The translations under genes were made by a program, and so were the position numbers. From positions 1-32,890 of the forward strand of contig JBAZBO010000001.1 in NCBI GenBank assembly GCA_041671425.1: a stretch of DNA of 32,890 nucleotides, written 5' to 3'. The notes under the pieces are model-generated. The model saw nothing but the letters and a program-made list of their open reading frames with translations, did not search any database and had not been told where the DNA came from. The stretch comes from Patescibacteria group bacterium (lineage in GTDB: Bacteria; Patescibacteriota; WWE3; UBA101185; UBA10185). Shown here in pieces: positions 7,791 through 16,176 of the stretch; positions within the stretch are counted from its first letter, which is position 1; each line of letters begins with the position of its first letter.

Positions 7791-8330
7791 TTACTGCCTT
7801 GCTTCGTAGTTGGAAAAGACCTCTGAGACATCTTCCTGAGAAGCAAGCTCATCATGCAAATTCTCAACCTTAACAAGGTCACCATCTTTCAGTGGAATAG
7901 TAAAACTTGGGTTCTCAGGGTCAGCAAATATATATGCTGTGCGTCCACTTGCCCCCATGGACCCACCACTTTTTGTAAATAAATTCCTTATCTCAGATAC
8001 GGTCCTATACTTATTATCCGTGACTGCTCTTACCAAAAAGGCCACACCAGCAGGACCATAGCCCTCATACACTACTTCTTCCATGGTTCTACCATCAGCT
8101 GTAACACCCAAACCTTTATCAATAGCTCTTTGAACATTATCCCTAGGCATACCCGCTTCTTTTGACTTTTCTACAGCCAATCTAAGGGAAGGGTTTGTAT
8201 CTATCTCTCCCCCACCCTCTTTTGCGGCAATTGTTATCGCTCGGCTGATCTTGGAAAATGTCTGGCTCTTTCTGGCATCTGTTATCGCTTTATCCCTTTT
8301 TATCTTCGACCATTTATTATGACCGCTCAT
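7791..8330 (-). CDS. yebC: YebC/PmpR (TACO1) family protein, short form (179 aa)
   Basis: Canonical N-terminus MSGHNKWSKIKRDKA at the ATG at 8330, plus YEGYGPAGVA and DNKYRTVSEIR. The 66-aa N-terminal extension in the ORF track has no homology and runs into the divergent TPR gene. Confidence 0.88.
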   Translation of the reverse strand: MSGHNKWSKIKRDKAITDARKSQTFSKISRAITIAAKEGGGEIDTNPSLRLAVEKSKEAGMPRDNVQRAIDKGLGVTADGRTMEEVVYEGYGPAGVAFLVRAVTDNKYRTVSEIRNLFTKSGGSMGASGRTAYIFADPENPSFTIPLKDGDLVKVENLHDELASQEDVSEVFSNYEARQ

Positions 8331-8337
8331 AAGATTG

Positions 8338-8346
8338 ATAATACCA
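8338..8346 (-). promoter_or_regulatory. Extended -10 TGGTATTAT, 7 nt before the yebC ATG
   Basis: Minus strand reads TGTGGTATTAT-CAATCTT-ATG. The same TGTGGTATTATC string precedes hppA. Confidence 0.45.
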
Positions 8347-8394
8347 CAATAGCGCCGATAAATAACTTCCTTGCAACTAGGATGGAAATTTGAT

Positions 8395-9075
8395 ATGGTC
8401 TTACTCATGCAAAATAACGGCTTATCCCTACAGAAGCAGTCGGTAGATGCAGCTTTGAAAGGAGACTGGAAGAAAGCCATAGATCTCAACCTTTTAATAC
8501 TAGAAAAATTCCCCGATGATATGGACACAAAGGCCAGATTGGGTAAGGCTTACCTACAGGTCAAAGATTTCACCAAAGCCAAGAAACTTTTCAAAGAGAT
8601 ACTAGACAAGGATCCCATCAACGCAATAGCCAGAAAGAACTACGAGCTGGCAAAAGAAAAGAATACTGTTCCAATAAAAACCAGCGCCAATCCTAAAGCC
8701 CTTATAAAAGAGCCAGGGCTTAGTGCTGAGATGTTCCTAGAATCAAAGAAGGTGTTCAAGCATGACCTTATGGCTGGTGAGGAACTCAAGATAAGATCTA
8801 CAAAGAAGAATATAAAAGTCTTTCGAGATAAGATCCAGCTGGGTGAATGCCAAAGCCCAGATATCCTCACGGCGTTAAACGCTGCTAAAGAAGAAAAGGC
8901 TGAGGTAAAGGCTTTCTACGCCTCAAGGAGAGATAAGATCATGAAGATCATAGTCAGGTGCACTAAACCTGTCTTCAGAGCTGAAAAACAGGCAATTAAG
9001 CCATATCTCAAGAAGGGCACTCTAAAAGAGCCCGAACTTGAGATCACTGAACTGGACATTGAAGAAGAGGAATAA
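8395..9075 (+). CDS. TPR-repeat protein, unknown function
   Basis: N-terminal TPR-like helices (AALKGDWKKAIDLNLLILEKFPDDMDTKARLGKAYLQVKDFTKAKKLFKEILDKDP) and an acidic C-terminus. The start is uncertain: ATG at 8395 or at 8407. The 8407 ATG has TGATATGGT 7 nt upstream. Confidence 0.75.
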   Translation: MVLLMQNNGLSLQKQSVDAALKGDWKKAIDLNLLILEKFPDDMDTKARLGKAYLQVKDFTKAKKLFKEILDKDPINAIARKNYELAKEKNTVPIKTSANPKALIKEPGLSAEMFLESKKVFKHDLMAGEELKIRSTKKNIKVFRDKIQLGECQSPDILTALNAAKEEKAEVKAFYASRRDKIMKIIVRCTKPVFRAEKQAIKPYLKKGTLKEPELEITELDIEEEE

Positions 9076-9089
9076 GTATCCCCTACCAT

Positions 9090-9815
9090 CTATCTTAGAT
9101 CGTCATCTTCCAGACTTAGAACAATTGGTTGATCAGTCTTGAGAAGCTCCTTCTTTTGCGTTGGTTCTTCCTTCTTTGGTTCAGGTTTCTTCTCCACCAC
9201 CACTGGTGGATTTGGCTTCTTCACTTCAGGCTTTTTTTCCGCAACCATCGGTTTAGGCTGGGGTTTCTTCTCCACTTTCACAGCCGGGATTGGCGTACGT
9301 GGCATATCAAGAACCACTTTCTTCTCCTCTTCACCCTTGATAATCTTCAAAGCCGCAAAAGGGACTTTTAGATTGTCAGCCGGAATCAAAGCCGTAGCTT
9401 CAACGTTCTGCTGGGCATTATGATACAAAGCAGCAGTATCGGAGATCCTGTAAGACCCACAGTCGGCTAGGATGTACCAGACATCTTCTTTCTTCGAAAG
9501 CACACCACGGATCTCTTTTGGTTCTGACTTTCCTATGTTCTTGAAGAAAGGCTTTCCATCTTCTTCAACCATCTTCATCTTATCGCCAAACATAAGCATG
9601 GACTTTGCGGCATAGTTGGCAGGAACAGGAAATCTCTCACCTGACTCAGACACCATGGATTCACCATCAAAGGTACCTGTTTTGCCTGGTATTTCCTCAA
9701 ACGCCTTCTTTTCCTCCTCCTCTATGGTCCTCATTACGCTCATTGCAATATTAAGATGTTTCTCAAGAGATTTAAGTTCTGACTTAAGTTTGAATAATTC
9801 ACTTTTACTAGACAC
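9090..9815 (-). CDS. Hypothetical protein with N-terminal coiled coil and Lys/Pro/Glu-rich C-terminal tail
   Basis: The long ORF lies immediately downstream of the ATPase gene. GTG at 9815 has AGGAGG 9 nt upstream. It overlaps the upstream gene's 3' end, stop codon included, by 8 nt. The listed TTG at 9884 would overlap that gene by 77 nt. The tail contains EKKP-type repeats. Confidence 0.65.
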   Translation of the reverse strand: MSSKSELFKLKSELKSLEKHLNIAMSVMRTIEEEEKKAFEEIPGKTGTFDGESMVSESGERFPVPANYAAKSMLMFGDKMKMVEEDGKPFFKNIGKSEPKEIRGVLSKKEDVWYILADCGSYRISDTAALYHNAQQNVEATALIPADNLKVPFAALKIIKGEEEKKVVLDMPRTPIPAVKVEKKPQPKPMVAEKKPEVKKPNPPVVVEKKPEPKKEEPTQKKELLKTDQPIVLSLEDDDLR

Positions 9816-12312
9816 TACTATCGACCTCCTTTCCAGACCTGTTTTCCAGGGCAATTGCCATTCCTTTATCGAATCTTGTTTCAAGCCACTTCCCTACCTT
9901 CTCCTCTACGTACGCCCTGTCACTACCATACTTTTGTCTGCTCATCTCAATTACTCTTTGCTTGTTATCACTCTTTGGGACTATACATGTCTCAGGATCC
10001 CAGGGCAACAATATCCTTGCAGAAAAAGGCAGCGAGGTCATCCCATCTATCATTAGTTTTATATACATGTGAAATCTTTCAAGAGATATTATGTCGGTCT
10101 CATCAAAATAAGGGGCAAACTCGTTCGTAAGTGCCCTTGCATCAGGGGCGCCTAGGGAAAACGTAGCAATAGTGCCCACATTACCGAAAACCGCCTTTAG
10201 AAGCTCCTCAGGCAGTTGAGCCGTATACTGGTGGGTCAGATACAACCCAAGTTTATATTTTCTAGACTCAGAAAGGATCGTTTCAAAACTTCCAGTCGCA
10301 AAGTTCTGGAATTCATCAACGTAAAGATAGAAAGGCACTCTTTGTTCGTAAGGTATATTGGCCCTTTGTAAGGCCATGAACTGAATCCTTGATACAAGCA
10401 AGGCACCCAACAGATTTGCGTTGTCGTCCCCTATCTTGCCTTTAGACAGGTTTATGAGCAGTATCTTCTTATTGTTCATGATATCAGCCAGATCTATTGT
10501 AGATTTCTTTTGGCCAAGGATATTCCTGATGGTAGTAGAGGCCAAGAATCTATTAACCTTATTCTGGATAGGAGCTATTGCTTCGGTTACCAGTTTTTGG
10601 TTGCCTTTCATGGCTTTGTACTCAGAATCCCAAAATTTCTGAACCATGGGATCTTTCACAAAGTGGAGTATGTATCTAAGATAGTTATCATCTTCCAAAA
10701 GCCTTGTTATACCCAACATAGTAGTACCGGGTACCTCAAGGAGAGTAAGTAGACAATAGTTCAGCATGTATTCCAATCTTGGACCCCAAGAGTAGTCAAA
10801 CTGCTTTTTTATAGCTGCAACCAAGGCAGAGGCCATAAGGTTCTTCTGGGATACATCATCCATTTCCAAAAGGTTCAACCCCACCGGTCTCTCTGTGTCC
10901 GAAGGATCAACAAGAACCACATCATCCATCCTATTATCAGGTATCCTTTCCAATATCTTCTCTATGGTTTCACCATGCGGATCCAAAACTCCCACCCCAA
11001 AACCTTTCTGGATATCCTGAGTAGCCATATTCTCTAGAAGTGTTGATTTACCTGTGCCAGACTTTCCAATAAGGTACATGTGCCTTAATCTATCATCACC
11101 ATCTTTAAGCCCAAACCTCACCTTCTTGCTCCTATAGATGGTCTCACCAATATAGGTACAGTTATCAACTGGGAGGGTTGATGGTGGCTCTGATTTCTTG
11201 GAATACAACCATGATATGTTTGGCGTACCTAGTTCTGATGAGGGAAAATGGTACAAGGTAGCCATCTCCTCTATTGTCAATACATGGGCCTTATCTGGAT
11301 CAAAAGTTCTGTTCTTGTAATCTTCAAATCCCAGGGGACCTTCTTCAACCACTCTGAAGCTATTAGTATGAGCGGTGTAGAACTGGTTGAATGAGGCAAT
11401 CAAGGACCTTTTGTTAGAGTTTATCCTTTCTGGGGTCTCGGCAGAGGACATGATCCTAATCTGGGCCTTATATCCCATCATGGAAAGCTTGTTCTCAATG
11501 GCTTTAAGCTCAAGATCCTGGGTAGGAGATATATCTACTGGTTTCAAGCTTGGTTTGCTGTAATCGGTCTTTGTCTCTGCATTTGTAAAAAAACCAGTTA
11601 TGATACTAATCATTATTTCCTTAAACTCAGTAAGGATATTGTGGGATAAATCGGTAAGTTCCTTGGACATTCCTGACCTACCAAAGGGATCCTTTCCGGC
11701 TCGTACTGAATCCACATATCCATAACCCTCATCCTGCCAATTATCCGGGCTGGGCATCACCACGAACTGCAGCCAGACACTCTCACCTTCCTGAAGCTCT
11801 GACAAAGAAGATGTCACAGCGGAGAGGGAATCTACTTCAAGCTCCCTAAATGTCTTGATAGGAAAGAATTGCTTTTTGTTGGGAACCAAGGTAACAACAT
11901 CATGACTATCCCTAAAGGGCACCTTGTCAGTGTAGTCCTCAGTCACCCTAATAACGGCTTTTGGATATTGGGCGTATATCTGACTTTCTACAAATTTCAA
12001 AATGTCGTGAGGAACTGCCACGTAAAACCTAATACCTTCAGCGCTGGAAAATGCCATCTCAAATGAGAAATGTTCCTGGTTGGCATAATCCTCTTTCAGA
12101 AGACCGTGAAGTGATGCAAACATGCCCTCTGCACCAAGAGTAGTACCCTGAGCTTCCCCACCCTCCTCTTCATTCTTAGGTACTTGTATCTCCAGCAACT
12201 CAAAATCTGATGTTCTTTTTTGTGATGAGCCTTTCTTGAAAAAACGCGCAAGGAACCTAACGCCAACAAAGGCAAGAAGCGCAAAAGCGAAATAGTAAAA
12301 AACCCCGTTCAT
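9808..12312 (-). CDS. Membrane-anchored VirD4/TraD/TraG-like (FtsK-HerA superfamily) P-loop NTPase
   Basis: N-terminal TM helix (GVFYYFAFALLAFVGVRFLARFF), Walker A YLIGKSGTGKSTLL, Walker B FYLYVDEFQNF, THQYTAQL. The ~400 aa N-terminal region is of unknown fold. ATG at 12312 preferred over TTG at 12327. Confidence 0.8.
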   Translation of the reverse strand: MNGVFYYFAFALLAFVGVRFLARFFKKGSSQKRTSDFELLEIQVPKNEEEGGEAQGTTLGAEGMFASLHGLLKEDYANQEHFSFEMAFSSAEGIRFYVAVPHDILKFVESQIYAQYPKAVIRVTEDYTDKVPFRDSHDVVTLVPNKKQFFPIKTFRELEVDSLSAVTSSLSELQEGESVWLQFVVMPSPDNWQDEGYGYVDSVRAGKDPFGRSGMSKELTDLSHNILTEFKEIMISIITGFFTNAETKTDYSKPSLKPVDISPTQDLELKAIENKLSMMGYKAQIRIMSSAETPERINSNKRSLIASFNQFYTAHTNSFRVVEEGPLGFEDYKNRTFDPDKAHVLTIEEMATLYHFPSSELGTPNISWLYSKKSEPPSTLPVDNCTYIGETIYRSKKVRFGLKDGDDRLRHMYLIGKSGTGKSTLLENMATQDIQKGFGVGVLDPHGETIEKILERIPDNRMDDVVLVDPSDTERPVGLNLLEMDDVSQKNLMASALVAAIKKQFDYSWGPRLEYMLNYCLLTLLEVPGTTMLGITRLLEDDNYLRYILHFVKDPMVQKFWDSEYKAMKGNQKLVTEAIAPIQNKVNRFLASTTIRNILGQKKSTIDLADIMNNKKILLINLSKGKIGDDNANLLGALLVSRIQFMALQRANIPYEQRVPFYLYVDEFQNFATGSFETILSESRKYKLGLYLTHQYTAQLPEELLKAVFGNVGTIATFSLGAPDARALTNEFAPYFDETDIISLERFHMYIKLMIDGMTSLPFSARILLPWDPETCIVPKSDNKQRVIEMSRQKYGSDRAYVEEKVGKWLETRFDKGMAIALENRSGKEVDSSV

Positions 12313-12317
12313 TTTAT

Positions 12318-12355
12318 AAAACAACAAAAACCCCCGCCCTAATTTGGAGCGGGGG
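12318..12355 (-). terminator. Rho-independent terminator-like hairpin after the LCP gene
   Basis: Minus strand reads CCCCCGC-(11 nt loop)-GCGGGGG followed by TTTTTGTTGTTTT. The T-tract ends 5 nt before the ATG of the next gene. Confidence 0.6.
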
Positions 12356-12386
12356 TCGAAAGGAGAGAGACAATGCAGTTATGTTG

Positions 12387-13379
12387 TCACAAATGCTTTG
12401 CTATGTCAAGTCCAACAATCATTGTTATATCAGCCCTATCAACGGCCGGCTCTGCAAAACCTGAGAGGTCTTCCTTCTTCATGACTTTGCTGAAACCAAA
12501 GAATCTCATCAGGTATGAAGCAGACAGAGAATCGGGATCATCTATTATCAAAACACTTTCCTCATAGATCCTAGAAGCATTCCCCACCTCGATCACTCTC
12601 ATCCCAGCGTTCTCACAGACTCTGCCCCCAAATCCCGCTATACCCGGCATCCCTGTCCCATTTAGAACCGCTACAGCTTTGTTTTCCATAGAGATCTCGG
12701 AATTAAAGACAAACTTTTTTATCTCTAGATCAAAGTCACCAAAAGCTGCGGTTTGGATATCCGAAGATCTTAGGATCTTCAACAGGTCCAGAAACTCAGA
12801 GGAACTAAAATTGGTGACCAGGTCATCCCTTATCCCAAATAAGAACTCTGGTGAGAACGCAGCGATCGTGGGACCTCCCATCAACAATCCCGACATGGTA
12901 CGTACACTATCTCCTCTCACATAGACATATCTGTCAATCTTAAGTCCAAGGTCAAACTCGACTGAACGGACAAGATACTCAATGCCACCTTTAAGGTCTC
13001 CATCGGAATATCTTTTACCAAGAGCAAAGATATTGGAAATAGTTTCCAGACCAAACTTTCCTAAAGCATCGATCTTCTCATCTTTTGGAATCTCCACAGA
13101 CAAAGCTGTGTCTTTCGATGAGTTCAGGACTAACAGTTTGAGCGCCCCTAATTCATCGGGGTCATCGGATCCAGATACGGATGGTATAAACAAAACAGTG
13201 TAAACATTCTGAACAGAAAGGTCCTTCGAATCGGCCGAGAAGGCTGATGCTACACTTTTACTAACCAGTTTAAAAATACCAAATATCGATAGGGAGAATA
13301 CACTTATGAGTACAAAAAGTACGGGGGTCACTTTCCTAAGGCTGCGTTTTTTGAGTCTTTTCTTACTTTGGGCAGACAT
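12387..13379 (-). CDS. LCP (LytR-CpsA-Psr)-like protein with C-terminal LytR_C domain
   Basis: N-terminal basic segment plus TM anchor. LCP-like core (LKLLVLNSSKDTALSVEIPKD, LGLKIDRYVYV). C-terminal LytR_C pattern VAVLNGTGMPGIAGFGGRV...IEVGNA...DITMIVGLD. Confidence 0.7.
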   Translation of the reverse strand: MSAQSKKRLKKRSLRKVTPVLFVLISVFSLSIFGIFKLVSKSVASAFSADSKDLSVQNVYTVLFIPSVSGSDDPDELGALKLLVLNSSKDTALSVEIPKDEKIDALGKFGLETISNIFALGKRYSDGDLKGGIEYLVRSVEFDLGLKIDRYVYVRGDSVRTMSGLLMGGPTIAAFSPEFLFGIRDDLVTNFSSSEFLDLLKILRSSDIQTAAFGDFDLEIKKFVFNSEISMENKAVAVLNGTGMPGIAGFGGRVCENAGMRVIEVGNASRIYEESVLIIDDPDSLSASYLMRFFGFSKVMKKEDLSGFAEPAVDRADITMIVGLDIAKHL

Positions 13380-13410
13380 AATAAGATTCTCTGCGCCAAA
13401 TTGTATCAGA

Positions 13411-14103
13411 TTATTTGTGAGGTATAAACAGCTTCCAAATAGGTTCGTCTGGGAAACAACTTAGAACCATAGGTTTTCCTGTTACCGGATGGCTAAAACT
13501 CAAGCTATATGCATGAAGCATCATACGACCAAAACGATCAAGAGACGATCTCAAAAACGATCTAGAGCAGTATAAAGGGTCACCGGCAATGGGATGCCCT
13601 AAAGCAGCAAAATGCACCCTTATTTGATGCGTTCTACCAGTTTTTGGCGATATATCCATAAAAGTGTAACCTTCAAAGATCTTGATCTTCCTCGCAGTGG
13701 TAAGAGCCTCTTTTCCATCCTCTACCACTGCAAAGCGCATCCTATTTTGAGGATTCCTCTTTATGGGGGCGTTTATCTCAAGGATCTCGTCTTCGATCTC
13801 ACCAACAACAACTCCAAAGTAGTGCTTCTCAACTTTTCTTTGTTTGAATTGTGCTTTCACAGATTCAAATGAGGACTTGTTTTTGGCAATAAGTATCAAA
13901 CCTGAAGTGTCTTTGTCCAACCTATGGACTATACCTCCCCTCAAAGCAAATTCCGACTCATCATCAGGAATTACTATCCTTCCTAGGATCATATCTTGCA
14001 AAGTACCCTCACGGGCAGTCAAGGAATTATTTACTATCAAGCCGCTGGGTTTATTGATGACCAAAAGGTCAGAGTCCTCAAATACTACTGATTGCTGATC
14101 CAT
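13411..14103 (-). CDS. RluA-family pseudouridine synthase (no S4 domain)
   Basis: Catalytic motif HRLDKDTSGLILIAKN, plus GRTHQIRVHFAALGHPIAGDPLY. Confidence 0.9.
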   Translation of the reverse strand: MDQQSVVFEDSDLLVINKPSGLIVNNSLTAREGTLQDMILGRIVIPDDESEFALRGGIVHRLDKDTSGLILIAKNKSSFESVKAQFKQRKVEKHYFGVVVGEIEDEILEINAPIKRNPQNRMRFAVVEDGKEALTTARKIKIFEGYTFMDISPKTGRTHQIRVHFAALGHPIAGDPLYCSRSFLRSSLDRFGRMMLHAYSLSFSHPVTGKPMVLSCFPDEPIWKLFIPHK

Positions 14104-14467
14104 TTTTAACGTATCTTTCTATAGCTTTGATTATATCCGGGGGCGTCAGCTCAGCTTTGGCCAGAAACTCTTTTGCACCATTGTCCAAACACTTCTGGAT
14201 TATAGAAGGATCCTCCAGATTACTCATTATTAGGACGGGTTTCTGATTCAAGATACTATTGGCATTTATGCTTTTCAGTATCTCTATACCGTCAAGTCTC
14301 GGAAGCATTATATCCAGCAGAAGTATATCCCAGTCACCCTGATTTATCTTGCCTATCGCTGTTTCTCCATCCGCTGCCACATCAACAGAGTAACCGACGT
14401 CCTTCAAAAAGTCTGCATACAACTCCCTTAAGCTTAATTCGTCCTCAACAAGTAATACTTTGTTCAT
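14078..14467 (-). CDS. Stand-alone response-regulator receiver domain (CheY-like)
   Basis: VEDE acidic pocket, phospho-acceptor LLLDIMLP, conserved Ser (IMSNL) and Lys (FLAKA). No output domain. Confidence 0.88.
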   Translation of the reverse strand: MNKVLLVEDELSLRELYADFLKDVGYSVDVAADGETAIGKINQGDWDILLLDIMLPRLDGIEILKSINANSILNQKPVLIMSNLEDPSIIQKCLDNGAKEFLAKAELTPPDIIKAIERYVKNGSAISSI

Positions 14468-14847
14468 TGTTTTTTTAAAAAGGCTTTGACCTCAGAAACT
14501 ATCTTATCCGGTGTTATCTCTGACTTTATAAGATAACCATCGGCTCCATAATTGAAACACTCATTTATCACGTTCTCACTGCCCAAATTGGTAAGAAGTA
14601 TGACCGGTCTTCCCTCCCCCACATTGGCAAAATGCATCTCCTTCAATATCTGAACTCCATCCATACTAGGCAGCATTATATCCAAGAGTAAAAGATCCCA
14701 TTTCTCGGAAACTATCTTGTCATAACCATCCCTACCATCCTTAGCCTCTAACATTTCAAAACCCGCATCTCTCAAAACCTCAACGTACAAAGTCCTAATC
14801 TCGTCCTCGTCCTCTATTATGAGGAGTGTGTTTTTTTCCTGGTTCAT
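14464..14847 (-). CDS. Stand-alone response-regulator receiver domain (CheY-like), paralog of the downstream one
   Basis: IEDEDE, LLLDIMLP, LLTNLG, YLIKS. 4-nt overlaps with both neighbouring genes. Confidence 0.88.
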   Translation of the reverse strand: MNQEKNTLLIIEDEDEIRTLYVEVLRDAGFEMLEAKDGRDGYDKIVSEKWDLLLLDIMLPSMDGVQILKEMHFANVGEGRPVILLTNLGSENVINECFNYGADGYLIKSEITPDKIVSEVKAFLKKQ

Positions 14848-15086
14848 TTTTTACCTCCTTTGATAATTATAGAGGCAAAGATAACAATCAACAAGCCGAT
14901 AGATATCATAACGTCAGAACCGTTAGCATAAAAAAGACCAAAGTCTATCCTATCCACAACACATTTATCGGTATATCTTTCCCAAAGGTTGTGGACACCT
15001 CCAAACAAAATCATAGCAAGCCCTATCAAAGTTGCGGGCTTACTCCTAAACATGGAAAGGTTGATGAATAGGAACACCAAGACCAA
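14844..15086 (-). CDS. LspA (signal peptidase II)-like C-terminal fragment, possibly a remnant
   Basis: LIGLAMILFGGVHNLWERYTDKCVVDRIDF...YANGSDVMISIGLLIVI parallels LspA GGAxGNxxDRxxxGxVVDFxDF...FNxADxxIxxG. Only ~80 aa lie downstream of the first canonical start (TTG). The Asp dyad is not clearly conserved. Confidence 0.5.
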   Translation of the reverse strand: MVLVFLFINLSMFRSKPATLIGLAMILFGGVHNLWERYTDKCVVDRIDFGLFYANGSDVMISIGLLIVIFASIIIKGGKK

Positions 15087-15162
15087 GAGAACAACAAAAA
15101 CAGCGTATTGTAGTGGTGAAAGAATATGGGATAAAAAGTAATTGCAGTTGTAGGCTATAGTC

Positions 15163-16173
15163 TTACTTCTTCTTTTTATTGCTACAGCTGGAACAAGTTG
15201 TAGCCTCAGGATAGATCTCCAAACGCCCTTCTTCTATGGGGCCACCACAAACCTCGCAAATCCCATACTTTCCTATCTTCATCCTGGCTAAAGCTTTCCT
15301 AACCTGCATAATAACCGGAGCCAAAGAAGCCTTTTTTATATCAGTGAGCTCCTTGGGAGTATCTTCCAGCACTGCATCATCCATAGCTTCTGAATTACCC
15401 TCACTTCTTCCATCTTGAAGATACGGATCCTCTTCGATAAGTTTTTGCTGTCTCGCTTCCAACTGCTTGTTCTTGGCCAACAGATTTCCTTTGAAGATCT
15501 TGAGTATGTTATCTAATGATTTCTCTTTTTTATCCATATGCTTGTTCATCCTAATCAGAAAGTTGAGCAAGCTTATTGTAAACAAGCACGCATAAAATAT
15601 CAAACTGACTCTGCCAGGAAAAACCAACATCCCAATGATTATATTTGTAAGGGCAAAGATCGGAAAAACAAGACCAGAGATGGACTTTCTCCTCAAAAAA
15701 GACAGACCGGCGAATGCAAAAAGGTAGCCCGAAAACAGGAACAAAAACGCGAATTGCTTGTAGTACGCTATTAAACTAAGAGATATCAAAGACAAACCAA
15801 GCAAAAAAGACAGTGAAAAGATATCGAGTATCCTGAAAAGCGACCACTTCCATTTCCTGGAAAGAATTACCACAGGAGTAATAAATCCTATCAAAGCGCC
15901 TAACGAACTGAATCCCGGAGTCCAAAACCTTATGACATTATAGTAAGTTCCATAAAATCCCAACCTGTTGTCAAAAGCATAGAATACCCTGGAGAAAACC
16001 AAACTGGAGAAAAGTGATACTACAAAAAGGTCGAACAATTTCTCTTCGCCAAATCCATCCTTCCTGCCCTCCTGCCAAAGAACGAACAAGGACATAAAAA
16101 AAGCCAGAGTGAGAAAGATCCCTATCGTATGGATCTTATATCCGCTAAAGACAAAGAAAGTAGGCAAATTCAT
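15163..16173 (-). CDS. Lgt-like polytopic membrane domain fused to a C-terminal DksA/TraR C4 zinc finger
   Basis: The N-terminal ~210 aa follows the Lgt helix pattern (IHTIGIFLTLAFF..., IRFWTPGFSSLGALIGF). The GRxGNFxNxE signature is not visible. The C-terminus RKALARMKIGKYGICEVCGGPIEEGRLEIYPEATTCSSC is an exact CxxC-x17-CxxC DksA/TraR motif. Confidence 0.7.
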   Translation of the reverse strand: MNLPTFFVFSGYKIHTIGIFLTLAFFMSLFVLWQEGRKDGFGEEKLFDLFVVSLFSSLVFSRVFYAFDNRLGFYGTYYNVIRFWTPGFSSLGALIGFITPVVILSRKWKWSLFRILDIFSLSFLLGLSLISLSLIAYYKQFAFLFLFSGYLFAFAGLSFLRRKSISGLVFPIFALTNIIIGMLVFPGRVSLIFYACLFTISLLNFLIRMNKHMDKKEKSLDNILKIFKGNLLAKNKQLEARQQKLIEEDPYLQDGRSEGNSEAMDDAVLEDTPKELTDIKKASLAPVIMQVRKALARMKIGKYGICEVCGGPIEEGRLEIYPEATTCSSCSNKKKK

Positions 16174-16176
16174 AGA

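Noticed and set aside
8331-8528. 66-aa N-terminal extension of YebC in the ORF track (start at 8528).
   Set aside because: The canonical YebC N-terminus MSGHNKW begins at the ATG at 8330. The extension has no homology and overlaps the divergent TPR gene and both promoters.
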